64,000 nt of DNA, from NCBI RefSeq assembly GCF_009914755.1, contig NC_060941.1, one strand, 5' to 3'. The translations under genes were made by a program, and so were the position numbers. Below the pieces are notes generated by a model. That model was given only the letters and a program-made list of their open reading frames with translations. It made no database searches and was not told the DNA's origin. Positions 48,561-62,200 of this stretch are shown piece after piece. This DNA is from the human T2T-CHM13v2.0 reference genome, Homo sapiens. Numbering within the stretch: position 1 is the first letter of the stretch; each line of letters starts with the position of its first letter.

Positions 48561-50189
48561 CTGCCTCACTATAATGTATCCAAGGCTGAGCCTGGAACCG
48601 AGCATCCTGCCTTCCAAGTAGAAAAGCCCCAAAACACAACCTGACTCAGCAGCATGAAGGAAGCAGAGGAGGGAGCTAGATTCTGAAAACCTCCTAACTC
48701 AGGAGGTCCTCTGAGAGCTGCAAAGCCATCCCAGGCTGTCAGGGGAAGATGTAATCAGGGTGACCTCATATGTTTCACGGATTCATTAAAGCCCATGTTC
48801 TGGGGTAAATGATTGCTTTCCCCCAGTCCTTCTGAAAAGAAAATCGATCGCCTTCCTGTAGATTTAGAACAGGACAGTTGGCAATTAGAAAACACTTCGC
48901 CAGGCAGGCGCTGGGGAAGGAGGTCTCATTCCACTTCCCATTCATTCTGTCAGTGACACACTGGCTGTGCCTCCTGGCTTGCAGCAAGCTGGGGAAGTCC
49001 CAGCCTGGGCCTAGGGATGTGGCTGAGGACTCACGTGGGCGCTCTGGGCTGTAAGTCCTATCTCTGCTGCTGAGGCCCCATTCGGGCTTTTGCTTTCTTT
49101 TCCCATTCCCCACCCCCATCCCTGCCCCTGACAGCTAATGGATTTTTCTCTGTACAGAGAGATTTACTAAACAACTGAACTAGGACACATTAAGTCTGCG
49201 GGTTTGGAGGTTTGTTTTAGAGCAACTCTCGCCCCAAGAACAGGCCACTGAAATTAAGATGCATTCTTCTCAGCAAATATTGATTTCAACTAGAAGTAAA
49301 TCCGAGAAGCTTGCTGCTCACTGGATCTAAGCTCTGGCAGCTGCGGTTTGGACTAAGGATGGGTCACCCAGGTGCTCCCCACCTGAGGCCCAGGAGATAA
49401 GGGCAGTGAAGAAGATTCGAGGTTAAGCTAGAGCTGAAAACTCACCACAAAAATATACCAAGAAAAACTCACTTTGAGCCTTATAGTTGCTTGTGTATAT
49501 TGCCAGATAAGGAAAATGCCCTTATTGTATATATTGGTGAGCACTCTTGGTCTACACAGCCTCTTGTGAGATGGAACTCTCACACATGGCCACAGGGACC
49601 AACACATGGACTTAATGCTTTCCTTCCAAATTGGACCCCAGAGTTTCCTTCCTTTGGGAAGCTTTGCTTAACTAACTCCATCATTTCACTCCATTTCCTC
49701 CAGTATTTTCAGCAGCGCAGAAACACATGTCCATGTGTATCTTCTCATCCTCAAATTTTCCTGCATTTCTTTCATTTCTCCCAAAAACTTTCCAGGGCTT
49801 GGGACCATGTATATGTCTTCAGTATCGTCTACAGCACTAAGGTCTACAGCAAAGAAAGCCTGGAACCTTTAGAAATGAAGTCAGTCCATCTAAGTTCTTA
49901 AGCCAATTCACCAACTTTCTAATTGTGGGATCTTGGCCAAAACATCTCTCTAGATTTCAGTTTTCTTATTACTAAGAACCAGATTGGACTAGATAATCTC
50001 AAAGAATTTTCTCAGCTACTAAAAATAGAGTATAGCTCTGCTGTGGTTCTCAGTTCTAGATAACACCCACCACCCACCAACCTTCTCAATACTTGGCAAA
50101 GGTTCTTGATGGAGCAACAGTGCTCTTTTGTAGGCCCCTCAGGCAAGGGAGCAAAGTTCTTGGGATACATGACAATTTAGCATAAATTT

Positions 50190-51015
50190 AAAAAGGCAAC
50201 AATTTTGATATAGGGGCATTTGGGCACTTCGTTGAAGGAGATATAAGGATGGCAAATAAGCACATTGAAAATGCCCACATCCTTAGTCATAGGCCACAAT
50301 ATACCTTCTAGAATGGCTAAAAAAATTGTTTTAACTGACAATACAAATGAGGTGCTGGTGAAGATGGGACTTTCATACGTTGCTGGCAGGAAATCAAAAT
50401 GTGCAGCTACTCTAGAAAACCATTTGGCAATTTATTATAAAGTTAAGCGTATGCTTATCACATGACCCAGTCATCCTGCTTTTAGGTATTTGCCCAAGAA
50501 AAATGAAAATGTATGTTCACAAAAAAAAAACCCTGCACATGAATGTATATAGAAGCTTTGTTCATCATTGCCAAAATCTGAAACATTGCAAGTGCCCTTC
50601 CATAGGGAACTGGATAAACAAACAATAGTGTCTCTAAACTCTAGTATCTCCATATAATGGAAAACTACTCAGCAATAAGAAGGAACAAACTACTGATACC
50701 TGCAGCCGTATCATAGATAAATCTCAAATGCATTTTACTAAGTGAAAGAAACCTGACCCAAAAGGCTTTATACTGTATGTTTCCACTTATATGACTTTCT
50801 GGAAAAAGGAACACTATAGGGATAAGTACAATATTAGTGACTGTCAGGGAGATGCTTAGGGGAACAGGCTACAAGAGAATTTGGGAGACTGATGACAGTA
50901 TTCTGTATCATGATTGTGGTGGTGGATTCATGATATTGTGCATTTGTAAAAAACCCACAGAACTGTACACTACAAAGAGTAAATTTTTCTGGATGCAAAC
51001 CTAAAAATAAATTCT
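50190..51015 (+). mobile_element. Old L1 (L1MC/MD/ME-like) 3' end
   Basis: gatggcaaataagcacat, ttcatacgttgctggcaggaa, atgacccag...ctttaggtatt, atggaaaactactcagcaataa, ccacagaactgtacac. Confidence 0.9.
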
Positions 51016-51699
51016 AAGAAAATGAAAACACAAAGCCAAAAAAAGTTAATGTGGCCATTTTTACACGTTAAAATGGCTGCATCAAATGGCCCTAGTCAAC
51101 TGTTCTGCTTTAGACCCCTCTTCCCTAGATTTCTGTGCATTTCAAGTCTCTGGGATGTAGATAGGAAATTTTTCAGAAGGAACAGAGAAGTTATTGAGGA
51201 TGCCTCCTCTCTCCTTCATCTTCTTTCATCTCCCATTTAGTCTGTGGAGCAGGTGAGTCTGCAGAGATGGAGAATCCTTCTGCTGGAATAGCCTGAGCAG
51301 GCTCTGAGCAGTAAGGAAGTGGCATGCATGGAGCTGGCTGTTCATCATGGAGGTCAAGGGGACCTTGGATTTCCTTCTGCTTTGTCCAGCCTAAATTCTA
51401 GAGCAAAGAGGCAAACATGGAGTCAGGACAGAATTCCAGTGCATGTGGATCCTGCTGAGGAAGGAATCCCCTATAAAACACAACAGCAGAGAAAAGGAAA
51501 GGAAAGAGGTAGTGTGGCACATAGATTCTCGGTATTGGTACCCATTTTCCAGTTTGGTCTGCCAATCCCATCTTCTCATTTTCTTTCTATGTAATCTTGA
51601 GCAAATTGCTGGTTAAGGTAAGTTGTAGTTTTTCCTGGGTTTCTTCCTCTGTAAAACTGGAAAAATAATCATACCTATTGAGATTATTACGTGAGTTAA

Positions 51700-52290
51700 T
51701 AGCCATTCATTGACTCAACACGTATTTATTGAGTATCTATTATGCACCTATCACTGTCTTATGTGCTTCACATACAGATAAGAGACTAGAAATTGACAAA
51801 ATGGGGGATGCCAGTTTATACAGAATAATCAGGGAAGGCTCACCAAGGAGGTGAGATTTGAGCAGAGACCTGAAGGAAGTGAGAGAATGGGCTGGGAAGG
51901 GCAGAGGTCCACACAGAGGGAACAGCCTAGGCAGACTCTGAGGCAGGAGCATGCTTGACAGAGCTGAGGAAGAGCCAAGAGGCCAGTGTGGCTAAAGAGG
52001 GAAATGCCCTTTTTTTATAGGATAGAAATGAGACCAGAGAAATAGTGAGAGATCGGATAATGAGGGGCCTGGAGATGTCCATTGTCTGTGCATTGTCTAT
52101 TATTCAGAGTAAGATAAGAAATCACTGAAAGCCTTTGAGGAGTGGCATGATCTGACTTGTGTTCTAAAAGAATCTCTCTGGGCAGTTTGTGAAGAATAGA
52201 CAGTAGGGCAGCAAGGGCAAAGTCAGGGAGCCCAGTTAGGAAGTTATTGCATGATCCAGAAGAGAGATGATGGTAGCTTGAACAGATAGA
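51700..52290 (-). mobile_element. L2 (a/b-like) 3' region
   Basis: cattcattgactcaacacgtatttattgag, aatcagggaaggc...ggaggtgagatttgagcagagacctgaagga, ggcatgatctgacttgtgttctaaaagaatctctctgg. Confidence 0.9.
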
Positions 52291-52560
52291 AACACATATA
52301 TAATACTTAGAACAGACCCTGGCACATACAAAGTGCTCAGTCAATGCTATCTATAATTATTATTGCTGGCATCATCAAATTCATCATCATCATCTAGGGT
52401 AGGAGGTCAGGAAAAGTCTTAACCATCCTGCGTTCCCAGCAGGAACAAATCCCAGACCCTGCTGAACCCCACATGAGGCTGTGTGAACCTGGGGACCCAC
52501 TTCGGAAACTCACAGGCTCTGGGTTAAGGTTTCACACACTGCCTCCTCCCTCCCACCTCA

Positions 52561-53217
<657 letters not shown>

Positions 53218-53479
53218 TCATCTCATTTCATCCAAAACGCATTCTGAAGTAGTTACCTCCATTCCTCATAAAAGAAAAGAGGACCTGAGAAAAGTGAACT
53301 GCCCAGGTATTAGTAGGAGACCCAGGATTCTGACTTGGGAGCAGTGGAACACCCAAGAACCTCTGTTCCCCAGTGGGCAGCTCAGCCTCCCCAGGTAGAT
53401 TGTGTACATTCTCTGACTTAGGGCTAAGGGCTCCAAACAGGACTGAGACCAAAAGTCACACTTCTGAGTGCCTCCCCAC

Positions 53480-55475
53480 ATCTGAATCTCCAGTACATAG
53501 AACCAAGCAGTTCTGAAATCACACTTTCCTTTGCTCCTTTGTTTACAAAGATAAGATGTCTTCTTCTTCATTATAGAAAACAGTGGTTTTTCATAAACTG
53601 TTATCTCTATTGGCCATTGTTTTTTACAAACACAACAATGATATGCTCTCACCTGATAGAATTTTCCAAATTAATTTCAGAGAAAACCACCTATCTGTGC
53701 CAAGGAACTGAACCTCCAATATTCCTGGAAAATATTTGGCCTTTCCTTTCTAACAAAGAAGCCTATCAAGGCTTTTTCTATCATAGTTAACCTATAAAAC
53801 ATCATGTATAACTGTGTCAAAAAAAAAAAACTGAGTATCCTTAGGAAAAAGGCTAATTCTAAAACCAGGAGAAGAAAAAGTACAAAATAAACTAGAAACA
53901 AGGAAACTACCAAACATTATCAAAGATTATTGGATTTCTGTCAAAATGTCAAGGGAACCAAAATAACTAGGCTCCCATTGGTCAAAGATGGTATAATTTA
54001 AGCATCAATAAGAACAATAACTACCCTGTATTAAAATACATCAAAATGTTTAAATTAGTGAGTTTATTATGATACTTGTTTTGAAAAGTGGCAAATAAAA
54101 GGAAAAAAGTCAAACATTTATCCTGCCTTTCCTACACAAATGATACCACTGGGTAACCAAATACTTTATAAGAAGAAATTTATATAGAAGTATCACAGTC
54201 CTAATAAATGATAAATAAATAATAACAAATAAATGATAAATGAAGAATGAATAACTGCTGTATCATTTTGTAGCAACTAATGGATTAGTAGAACTAGGAA
54301 AGACAACTAGACGTTGATACCTCCCCATAGAAGAACACAAGACCACCTGTGTAGTGACCTTGGCAAAAATAAATCAAACCTTAATCTGATCAAGCTTCCA
54401 GATATATCCAGCTCCCCACCTATAGGAAATTTAGGGATACAGGAATCCACCATAGCATTCAGTAAAATCAGACTATGGGAAAATCTACAGGAAAAAGGAC
54501 CCAGCAAGAAGGAAAAAAAGATTGGAATTGGAAGTGAAAACTGTAGATTAAAGGAAAGTTAAGAGACATGCCAATCAAAACAGATAGGTCTTATTGGATC
54601 TTGATAATAGCAAGTACAAAACAAAAAAGTCTATGAGACAATGAAGGCAATGTCAACACTGATTAGGTATTTGATGACATTAAGGAATTACTGTGATTTT
54701 TTTGGTGGGTGTTTGCATCAATTAGCTATTGCTGAATAACAAACCATCCCAAAATACAGTGACTTAAATATGCAAATATTTTGTCTACCTATGATTCTGC
54801 CAGACGATGAATATGGGCAGTGTCACCTAGGATGGCTCATATCTATCCCACATGGTGTGGCTGGGATCACTCATATGCACGGAGCCTCAACAGAAACGGC
54901 TGTTCTCTCTCTCTCTCCCTCTCTCTCTCTCTCTCTTTCTCTCTCCCTCTTTGTGGTCTTGTGTTCTCTCATTCTCAAGGATGCTAGCCTGGGCTTCTTC
55001 CTGCCTTCATACGGTGGCAGAAGCATTCATAGTAAGCATCAAAAGAGGGAAGGCCCCAATGGGCAGGTGCTTTCTGAGCCTCTGCCTTGTGCTGTATTTG
55101 TTCTTGTCCCATTGACCAAAGAGACACACATTGTCCAGCTCAGAGTTATTGTAGGAGGGGACTTCACCAACACTAATGGCCATAGCTCATCAAAGGTCAT
55201 TACTATGGTGACCTACCACAGGGTGACCATGGTAGAATGGTTATGGTTTTTAAAAGAGTTTTTATCCCCTAGAAATACATATTAAATATTTCCATATAAA
55301 ATGATAAGCCTGAAAATAACAGGAGGTGGGAAGGAGAGAGTGGGTGGGTATAGAGAAGAAATAAGATTGGCCATGAATTTACTGAGGCTGATTGATGAAT
55401 ACATAGGGGATCATTACATTATTGTCTCTATTTTATATGTGTTCAAAATTTTTATGGTAAAAAGTTTCTTTTAAA
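53480..55475 (+). mobile_element. Old L1 (L1MC4/L1ME-like) 3' UTR, interrupted by an MLT1
   Basis: ggctcccattggtcaaagatgg, aatctgatcaagcttccagat, cagactatgggaaaatctacagga, tatttgatgacattaaggaatta, aagattggccatga. Confidence 0.8.
54714..55220 (-). mobile_element. MLT1 MaLR LTR with internal (CT)n at 54904-54950
   Basis: tgcatcaattagctattgctgaataacaaaccatcccaaaatacagtgacttaaa ... ctaccaca. GGGTG lies on both flanks (54707-54711, 55221-55225), a probable TSD. Confidence 0.85.
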
Positions 55476-56151
55476 TGGCTAGTCAGTGTCCAACACTAGG
55501 AGAACCCAAGGGGGACTACAGCCTTCTCCCATTGTTGCTGCTTCAAGATATTGTGTCCTACTTCCCAAGGTAATGATGTGTGAGGCAATAACAGGGGGCA
55601 TTTTCTAGGCACGCGGCTCCCTTCCCTCTCTGGAGAGTCATGTGAAACCCAGCAATTTGTATAAGCAACACAGTGGGCCAAAATCCATTCCCCTTGCATA
55701 CACAACACCTATGATTTTATTTATTAGTATTCACTTCTTTCCCAGGTTATTGTAAGACTTAGGACATGGACCTATTCTGGATGATAAATTACATCTCATT
55801 GCAATTATTAACTGAAAGAAGAATGAAAGAATGAGAATTCAGGAGCCATAAAGGGGGTGGGGTGAGAGGCAGTGGCCTCCTTAACAGGGAGTTAACAGAG
55901 AAGGAGGAAGAAGAGAAGAAATAAATCTCAGCCAACTGGTATCAATCAACACTTATTGCATGCATAATGTATACTGAACACTTATTTGCAGAGAAAAAGA
56001 AAAAAATGTAAAGTGCATTAGACACTGTTCATGTCTTTCCATGCTTATAGTCAGTTATTCCTTCAAAATATTTATTGAATAACTACTGTATGTCAGGCCC
56101 TGTTAGATGCTAGATGAGAATAACAAGAGGATTTAAGACACTTTTCCAATC

Positions 56152-56650
56152 TGTATTAATGAGGGTCTATTCCAGTTGTAATAATAAATTACAATTTAAA
56201 TGGTTTAAGCAGAAAAGATAACTTACTGGCTTGTGTAGCTGGAAAGTCTGGAGGTAGCTTCAGGCACATCTGGATCCAGGTGCTCCAACAATGTTGTCAA
56301 GAGTCTGTCTCTTTTCATCTCTTAATCAGCTTCCCTCTGTGCGGGCATCATTCCCAGACAGACTTTCCTACCGGCAACAACAGGCTTACATCCTACCGCA
56401 TTGGCAGCAAGTGTTCCAGGACTGAGTCTCCCTGGAACAGCTTGGCCCAGTGCCCATTCTCAGTCAGGGAGAAGGAGCATTCTGATGGGCCAGGTCTAGA
56501 TTGTAGGCCTGGCTCTGTGACTGTGGAAGAGGTCAGACCCATTCACCAACACAGACTGAGAGAGGAAAAGGGCAGCTCCTCCAAAGAATAATCACATTGT
56601 TGCCACTAGAAGGAGGAGGGACAGATATGGACCTGGCAAAGTAACCAAAG
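56152..56650 (-). mobile_element. MLT1K-like LTR
   Basis: tgtattaatgaggg ... ttactggcttgtgtagctggaaagtc...gcttcaggcacatctggatccagg. Confidence 0.75.
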
Positions 56651-56664
56651 TCCTCTCAGTACTT

Positions 56665-56990
56665 GCAGTCATTCATTCATTCACTCAGTAAGTCCTTCTT
56701 TTGTGCATGTCATGTGCCAGGTTGTATTGTAGGTGCTGGGGATACAGTAGTGAACAAGACAGACAAAGTTACTGAGCCTTGTATTTTAGAGGTAGAGACA
56801 GAAAACAAATGTGTCAACAATCCATTTTTGTGTAAATTACAGATCATGATTTTCCTTGAAGCAAATAAACAGGGTGTTGTAGGAGAGAATAACAGAGATA
56901 ATCTTCTTGAAATGGGTGGTCAGGGAGGGCTCACTGAGGCGAGGATATTAAAGCTGGGAGGCGGAGGGTGAGAAGGAGCCTTAAGCATCC
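56665..56990 (-). mobile_element. L2 3' end
   Basis: cattcattcattcactca ... atgtgccagg...taggtgctggggatacagtagtgaacaagacagac. Confidence 0.9.
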
Positions 56991-57870
56991 CAAGTGTGGA
57001 TTGGGAACTGAGGGTGGGGAGATGAATACGGCATCCTCCCTGCCCTTGAGGAGCTCATGGCTGAATGGGAGAGAAGATGAGTAGATAGAAACCCTGCCAT
57101 ACAGTACAGCAAGTGCTATCTATAATATAGACAGGATCCCTCCCTGGGGACATCAAAAAGGAAGTAACTAAATCAGATGATAAGGCTTGGTGGTGGCGGC
57201 GGAGAGTTAGAAGGCTTTACAGAGACATTTGAGCTGAACCTTAAAGGATAAGCAGATAGAAGTTAGAAACAAGGGAAAAGGAATTACAGACAAGGGGGAC
57301 CATCATGAGGCAAATATCAGGCATAGCTGGGGAGGAGTGATGCTCAGTCTGGTGGGTACACTGAGGCCACAGCCGTGGGGAAGGCTGGGCTCATCTGTGA
57401 AGGTGGTTAATAATGTCTTGACTGCCCCACCCACATGGAACAAGCTTGAGGGAAACAGGTCAGATCAAGGCTTGAGTTCACTGTGTAGCCAAACAGGAAA
57501 GAAGGACTCAGCTCCCTGGGAGCACCCTAAAGGGCTTCAGGCAGGAGGGGGCTTTTGAGCTGTGCTTTGAATAAATTCATCTCCCTCTTCTTTATCCCCT
57601 AACAATTAACATGTCTTCATTAAGCCAGACAGAGGACTAGGAGAAGTACAAAGCAGGAGGCATGATCTCTGACCTCGGTTTGCTCTTGTGGAGTCAACTC
57701 ACAGACCACAAGTTAGATTGACCTTGACTCTACACTGGAAGGAGCCTTAGATACAGTCTAGTGGCTCTGAGATTCAGAGAGGGCAAGTGAGTTGCACAAA
57801 GTCACACAGAAAACTAAGACTAGAATCCTAATTCTTCTCCCTGCTTTTGAGCAAATGAGTGCTTTGCACC

Positions 57871-58134
57871 TGGTACCTTCCACCCATCAGTCCTGTTTCT
57901 GCCCCCTGGGGCCTCTGGAGCCAGTCCAAGTTCTTTCTAATATGTCAAAACAGTCCAGAAACTCCCCAGCCTTTTCTTCCTCAAGTCAAGTTCCTTCAGC
58001 TTTGCTCCAGATGGCTCAAAGTTCAGACTCTTCAGCACCCACCTCCAATTTGTCGAAGTCCATCTCCAAGTGTGGTGCCTAGGACTGGATACCAGTGTCC
58101 CACAGAGTGGGTTATCACTTCTTTACTCTGAGCA
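57871..58134 (-). mobile_element. L3/CR1 fragment, copy A of a local duplication
   Basis: L3 antisense motifs cttccacccat...ttctgccc, agttccttca, aagtgtggtgcctaggactg, gtgggttatcac. Confidence 0.75.
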
Positions 58135-58509
58135 TCGTACCGTCTCTGCGTTCATCAATCCCAGGGCATTGTTCAGAGCAGCAGGAGTTGAATTGAGCTT
58201 CCCCAGAATCATTGCATGAGCTCCCACCTGCAGCCTCCAAACCTGTGCACTCTTAGCTTGAAATTAATTTAGCAGCAGCCAAAGGTTCCACTGGGGTGCA
58301 CTCTAGAGAGTATGTTCCTCAACTATGTGGGGATTAGGGCAGGGAGCAGATTTATGAGTAGGAAGACGGAGGGAAGCTGTGAGGGCAAAAACACGAGCCT
58401 GGGTCTGTCCCAAGTGAAACTTTCCTCCCACTCCTCAGCCTTGACCACTGGACCCATTCCCACCCTTTCCCAGCTGAAATGCAGCAAATAAGCTGGCTGC
58501 TGCAAAAAG

Positions 58510-58650
58510 TGCATGGGGTGGGAAGAGCACTGTACAAGGAGTCAGGAGGCCTCAGCTCAGGCCTGCTTTGCCACCAGAGCACTGAGAGACCTTAGGCCAG
58601 TCAGTCTGCCTCTCTGAGCCTCACTTCCGCCATCTCTAAGTAGAATGTCT
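58510..58650 (+). mobile_element. MIR SINE
   Basis: gggaagagcactg...aggagtcaggaggcct ... cctctctgagcctcacttcc. Confidence 0.75.
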
Positions 58651-58884
58651 CTATGTTTTACATGCATATCTTTCTTCATGATGGCAGCAATCACTGATTC
58701 CTGGGGGCTACCCGAAGCTTCCTAAAGGCCATTGGTTAGCATGGATCCACTACCAGGAGGTGAGGGCTACTGTTCTTGTGTATAAATGGTTGGGGACAGT
58801 CCCCCTGTTTGGGACTGTGCCCTCCAAGACAGAGAGACACCCAAGGACCCTTCCAGAGGCAGGAGGAAGGAGTGGTCAAGACTA

Positions 58885-59066
58885 ACTTGCCAGATAAAGT
58901 GCAGAACGCCCAGTTAATCTGAATTTTGGATAAACAACAACTAATTTTAGTGTAAGTGTATCCCAAGACTTGCATGGGATATACTTATACAAAAATATAT
59001 TTGTTTTTTATTTGAAATTCAAATTAAGTGTCTGTCCTGTATTTTTATTTGCTTAATCTAAGCCAG
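58885..59066. mobile_element. MER53 palindromic MITE
   Basis: ttgccagataaa...cgcccagttaa...gataaacaac...tttagtgtaagtgtatccca / tgggatatacttatac...tgaaattcaaatt...tcctgtatttttatttgct. Confidence 0.9.
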
Positions 59067-60259
59067 ACCCAGGTGAAGTTGGAAGTGTTTGTGGGGAGAC
59101 ACCAAGTACCAAACACCTAGTTGCACCCCCTCATCCCCCAACTTTTTGCTTCCTGCCTCTGTGTGGTCCTCACTGCCATGAAGCTGAGCATACAGAAGGA
59201 GAAGCAGGAAGCCCCAAAGCAATGGCAGGAGTGGGAAGATGTGAGAAAATGAAGGAGACGGAGAGGAACACTGCACCAGAGAGAGACGGTGCCTTTCTGG
59301 AGGTCACCTGTCCCTGCAGAAGTGGGACAGTCAGAGTGGGTAGAGGTGCCACAGAGCACCAAGTTAAGGCAGCGGGCACCTGTGTTCAGAACTGTAGCAT
59401 CATAAAGCCTCTTAGAGGGAAAATATCTCCCTGCAAGGTGGCCTGGACCCCAGCAGAGAGAGGGCCAAGCAGGAGCCGATTACTGCTGACAAGCTGGGTT
59501 TTTTTTTAAGCCTCTCTCATTCTTACTCTCTTAAAGATCCTTTCCTGCCACCAGTTGATGTAGTCTCCGAGGGGATGCTCTGAATCCCCAAACACCCATA
59601 ATAATCGCCTTGTTTTTATTTCATCTGGGGATAAGCACTGTGGCTGAGAGGACAGCAGGCTCCAATTTGAGCCCTGGACCTAGAGAGACGGTGCCAGGGC
59701 AGACATGTCTCCTCATTCCCCGAGACCCAGAGATCTCATTCCTTATCCCCTTTCGGGATCCCAGCACCACCCTCCACACACACCCTCCCTGGCCCCTCTC
59801 CTACCGCTATACCTGAATTAACTAAGTACTCAGTGACCCAGGCCTCCAACAAGCAGCCGGTCAAGCCTGGAGAGTGTTTTAATTCTGTACCACTCTGGTG
59901 CTGTCTCCAAAAACAAGCACTGTTGGTTTCCCAGGGGCCTTCCCTGCACAGAATTTTGCATGACTATTATTCACAACTGGTAGGGACCTGAACTGTCAGC
60001 CTGCACCCCAGGCAGGGTCCCTTAATGCGTGGCCCAGCCTGCAGGGAGCTCTCAGTTCCTGGGAAGTACGACAAGGGTTTGGGTCCATCCAACTCCTGCA
60101 GCCAGGAAAGGGCATCACTGGGGAAAGGAGAGGAATGGGAAGAACAAGGAGACAAGGGGACATCAGTCTCAGTGTGCCTGGAGTGGGAGACAATGGGGGT
60201 CAAGGATTTTCACAGCAGAAATTAACCAGTTCTTCCCCTGTTGCAATAAAATTTTCCAT

Positions 60260-60524
60260 TGGTACCTTCCACCCTGATATCAGTTCTGCCCGCTGAGGCC
60301 TCTGGAGGAAGTCTAAGTTACTTTTAATACGTCAAAACAGTGCAGAAACTCTCCAGTCTTTTCGTCTCTATGTCCAGCTCCTTCAACTTTGTTCCAGATG
60401 GCTCAAAGTTCAGACTCTCCATCACCCACCTCTAGTGTGTCAAAGGCCATCTCAAAGTGCAGTGCCTAGGACTGAACCCTGGTGTCCTGCACAGAGTGGG
60501 TTATCACCTCCTTTGCTCTGAGCA
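60260..60524 (-). mobile_element. L3/CR1 fragment, copy B of a local duplication
   Basis: Roughly 80% identical to 57871-58134 by eye. Confidence 0.75.
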
Positions 60525-60809
60525 CCACATCTCTACAAATGCTGCCAAAGATGTTGCTAATTTCTATCCAAAGGCTAGACTGAGCCCCAGCCACTGACCT
60601 AGTCACAGTAGAAGGAAGAAAACTCCCAAGAAGTCAAATACTCAAGAAACCCTAAAGCAGGAAGAAACACCCCAAAACTCTAAAGTTGGCTTTGGCAAAT
60701 ACAGCCAAATTCCACTTTTTCTGTTACCCAGACTGCCCAGGCTCACCCCCACCTTTTCCAGCCTTCCTTTCTCTTTCAGCTTCTCTTTGCCACCTCTTCT
60801 CATCCGACA

Positions 60810-60990
60810 TCAAATAACTGTATGACCTTGGGCAAGTCACTTTGCCTCTCGGAAGCTCTTGTTCTTCATCTGAAATGACAGTAATAATCCCTGGGCTGCT
60901 TACGTCGCAGGCCTGCATGAGACTCGATTGAGATAATTAATGGATGAGAAAGCACTTTGAAAATTAGTCAACACTGCGCAAATGAAAGGC
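60810..60990 (+). mobile_element. MIR SINE
   Basis: ctgtatgaccttgggcaagtcactttgcctctc...ttcatctgaaatg. Confidence 0.85.
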
Positions 60991-61099
60991 ACTCTTTATT
61001 CCTTTATTCATTTATTTACTAATCTTGCACATGACCCTGCACTGAGAATTCCACAAAAGGAGAGAACTAAGCAGAGCTCATGACTGCCCAGAGCTTAAA

Positions 61100-61410
61100 T
61101 TCTGGAATGTCAGAGGCAGAGGAACCTTAGAGAGCAGCAAGCATAACCCCTTCATTGTACAGGCGGGGAAACTGAGGCCCAAATTATTGTAATAGTCAAC
61201 GTATGTTAAGCTATTTCTAAGTACTTTGGGGTCTTAACTTCTTTAAGCCTCTAAAATCCTATGGAGCAGGTACTATTATTCCCCTGTTTAAAAGATGAGG
61301 AAACTAAGGTTCAGAGAAGTGAAGTAACTTGTCCCAGATCATGCAGCTAACAGGAAGCAAAAACAGAATTCAAGCCTGGAAAGGCTTATTCCAGAACACA
61401 TATCTTGACT
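61100..61410 (-). mobile_element. Two MIR fragments
   Basis: cattgtacaggcggggaaactgaggccca and agatgaggaaactaaggttcagagaagtgaagtaacttgtcc. Confidence 0.85.
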
Positions 61411-62004
61411 ACTGTGCAAGGTCACCCAGTGTGAAAGGAGCAGAGGCTGCCAGCCAGGGCTCCTTCCATTCCAGGCTGTCCCCACATTGAGAAACAGACT
61501 GGCCACAAATAGAAGTAGGGCCCGAAAGCAGCTCAAAGTGGCCCCATCCCATGAGACCTACCATCACTTTGGGTACCCACCCATGTATGCCTTATGCCCT
61601 GGGTCAGAAGGAGGAATCTTGGAGGAAAGTCACGTCTGGAAGGAGGGGTATTCAGCACAGCAAGAAAATAGCAGAATACTAGAAACAGGGAAAAGAAAGA
61701 GAGTAGAAAAGAGGCTTCCCAAAGACAGGGAATAAGAAGGGGCATGTGAGGTGTCAGAGGTGACTGGGACAGGCATGAAGCTGCTCTGGTCAGCACTTGG
61801 ACATCCACTGAATACATCCTCATCAGGGCCTCCTACTGTGCTAGGCCCAGGGCAGGGGACATAAGACACAAGCAGTTTCACAACTCCTGAATACCTGCCA
61901 GGTGCCAGCCCCAGGGCTCAGCACCAGGCACACAGACTCAAGTCCTGAGCCCAGGGTTTCACATTCTAGGAGGTATCCCAAGACAAACTATTAAAAATCC
62001 TCAA

Positions 62005-62200
62005 GATTTTAAAGCTGTAGATTCAAAGTCAAGAGCCCGGGTTTCTGGCCTAAGCCCTTGTTTGCTGTGTGGTTTTAGGGTAAGTCACTTCCTTAACCTT
62101 CATTGGCTGCCATCTTCCCATCTGTAAAATGGGGACAGCAAATCTGACCTATCTCACCACTGGGTTTCCCTAAAGAGGACATGAGCTTCTGGCTCTGAAA
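62005..62200 (+). mobile_element. MIR SINE
   Basis: gctgtgtggttttagggtaagtcactt...catctgtaaaatgggga. Confidence 0.75.
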
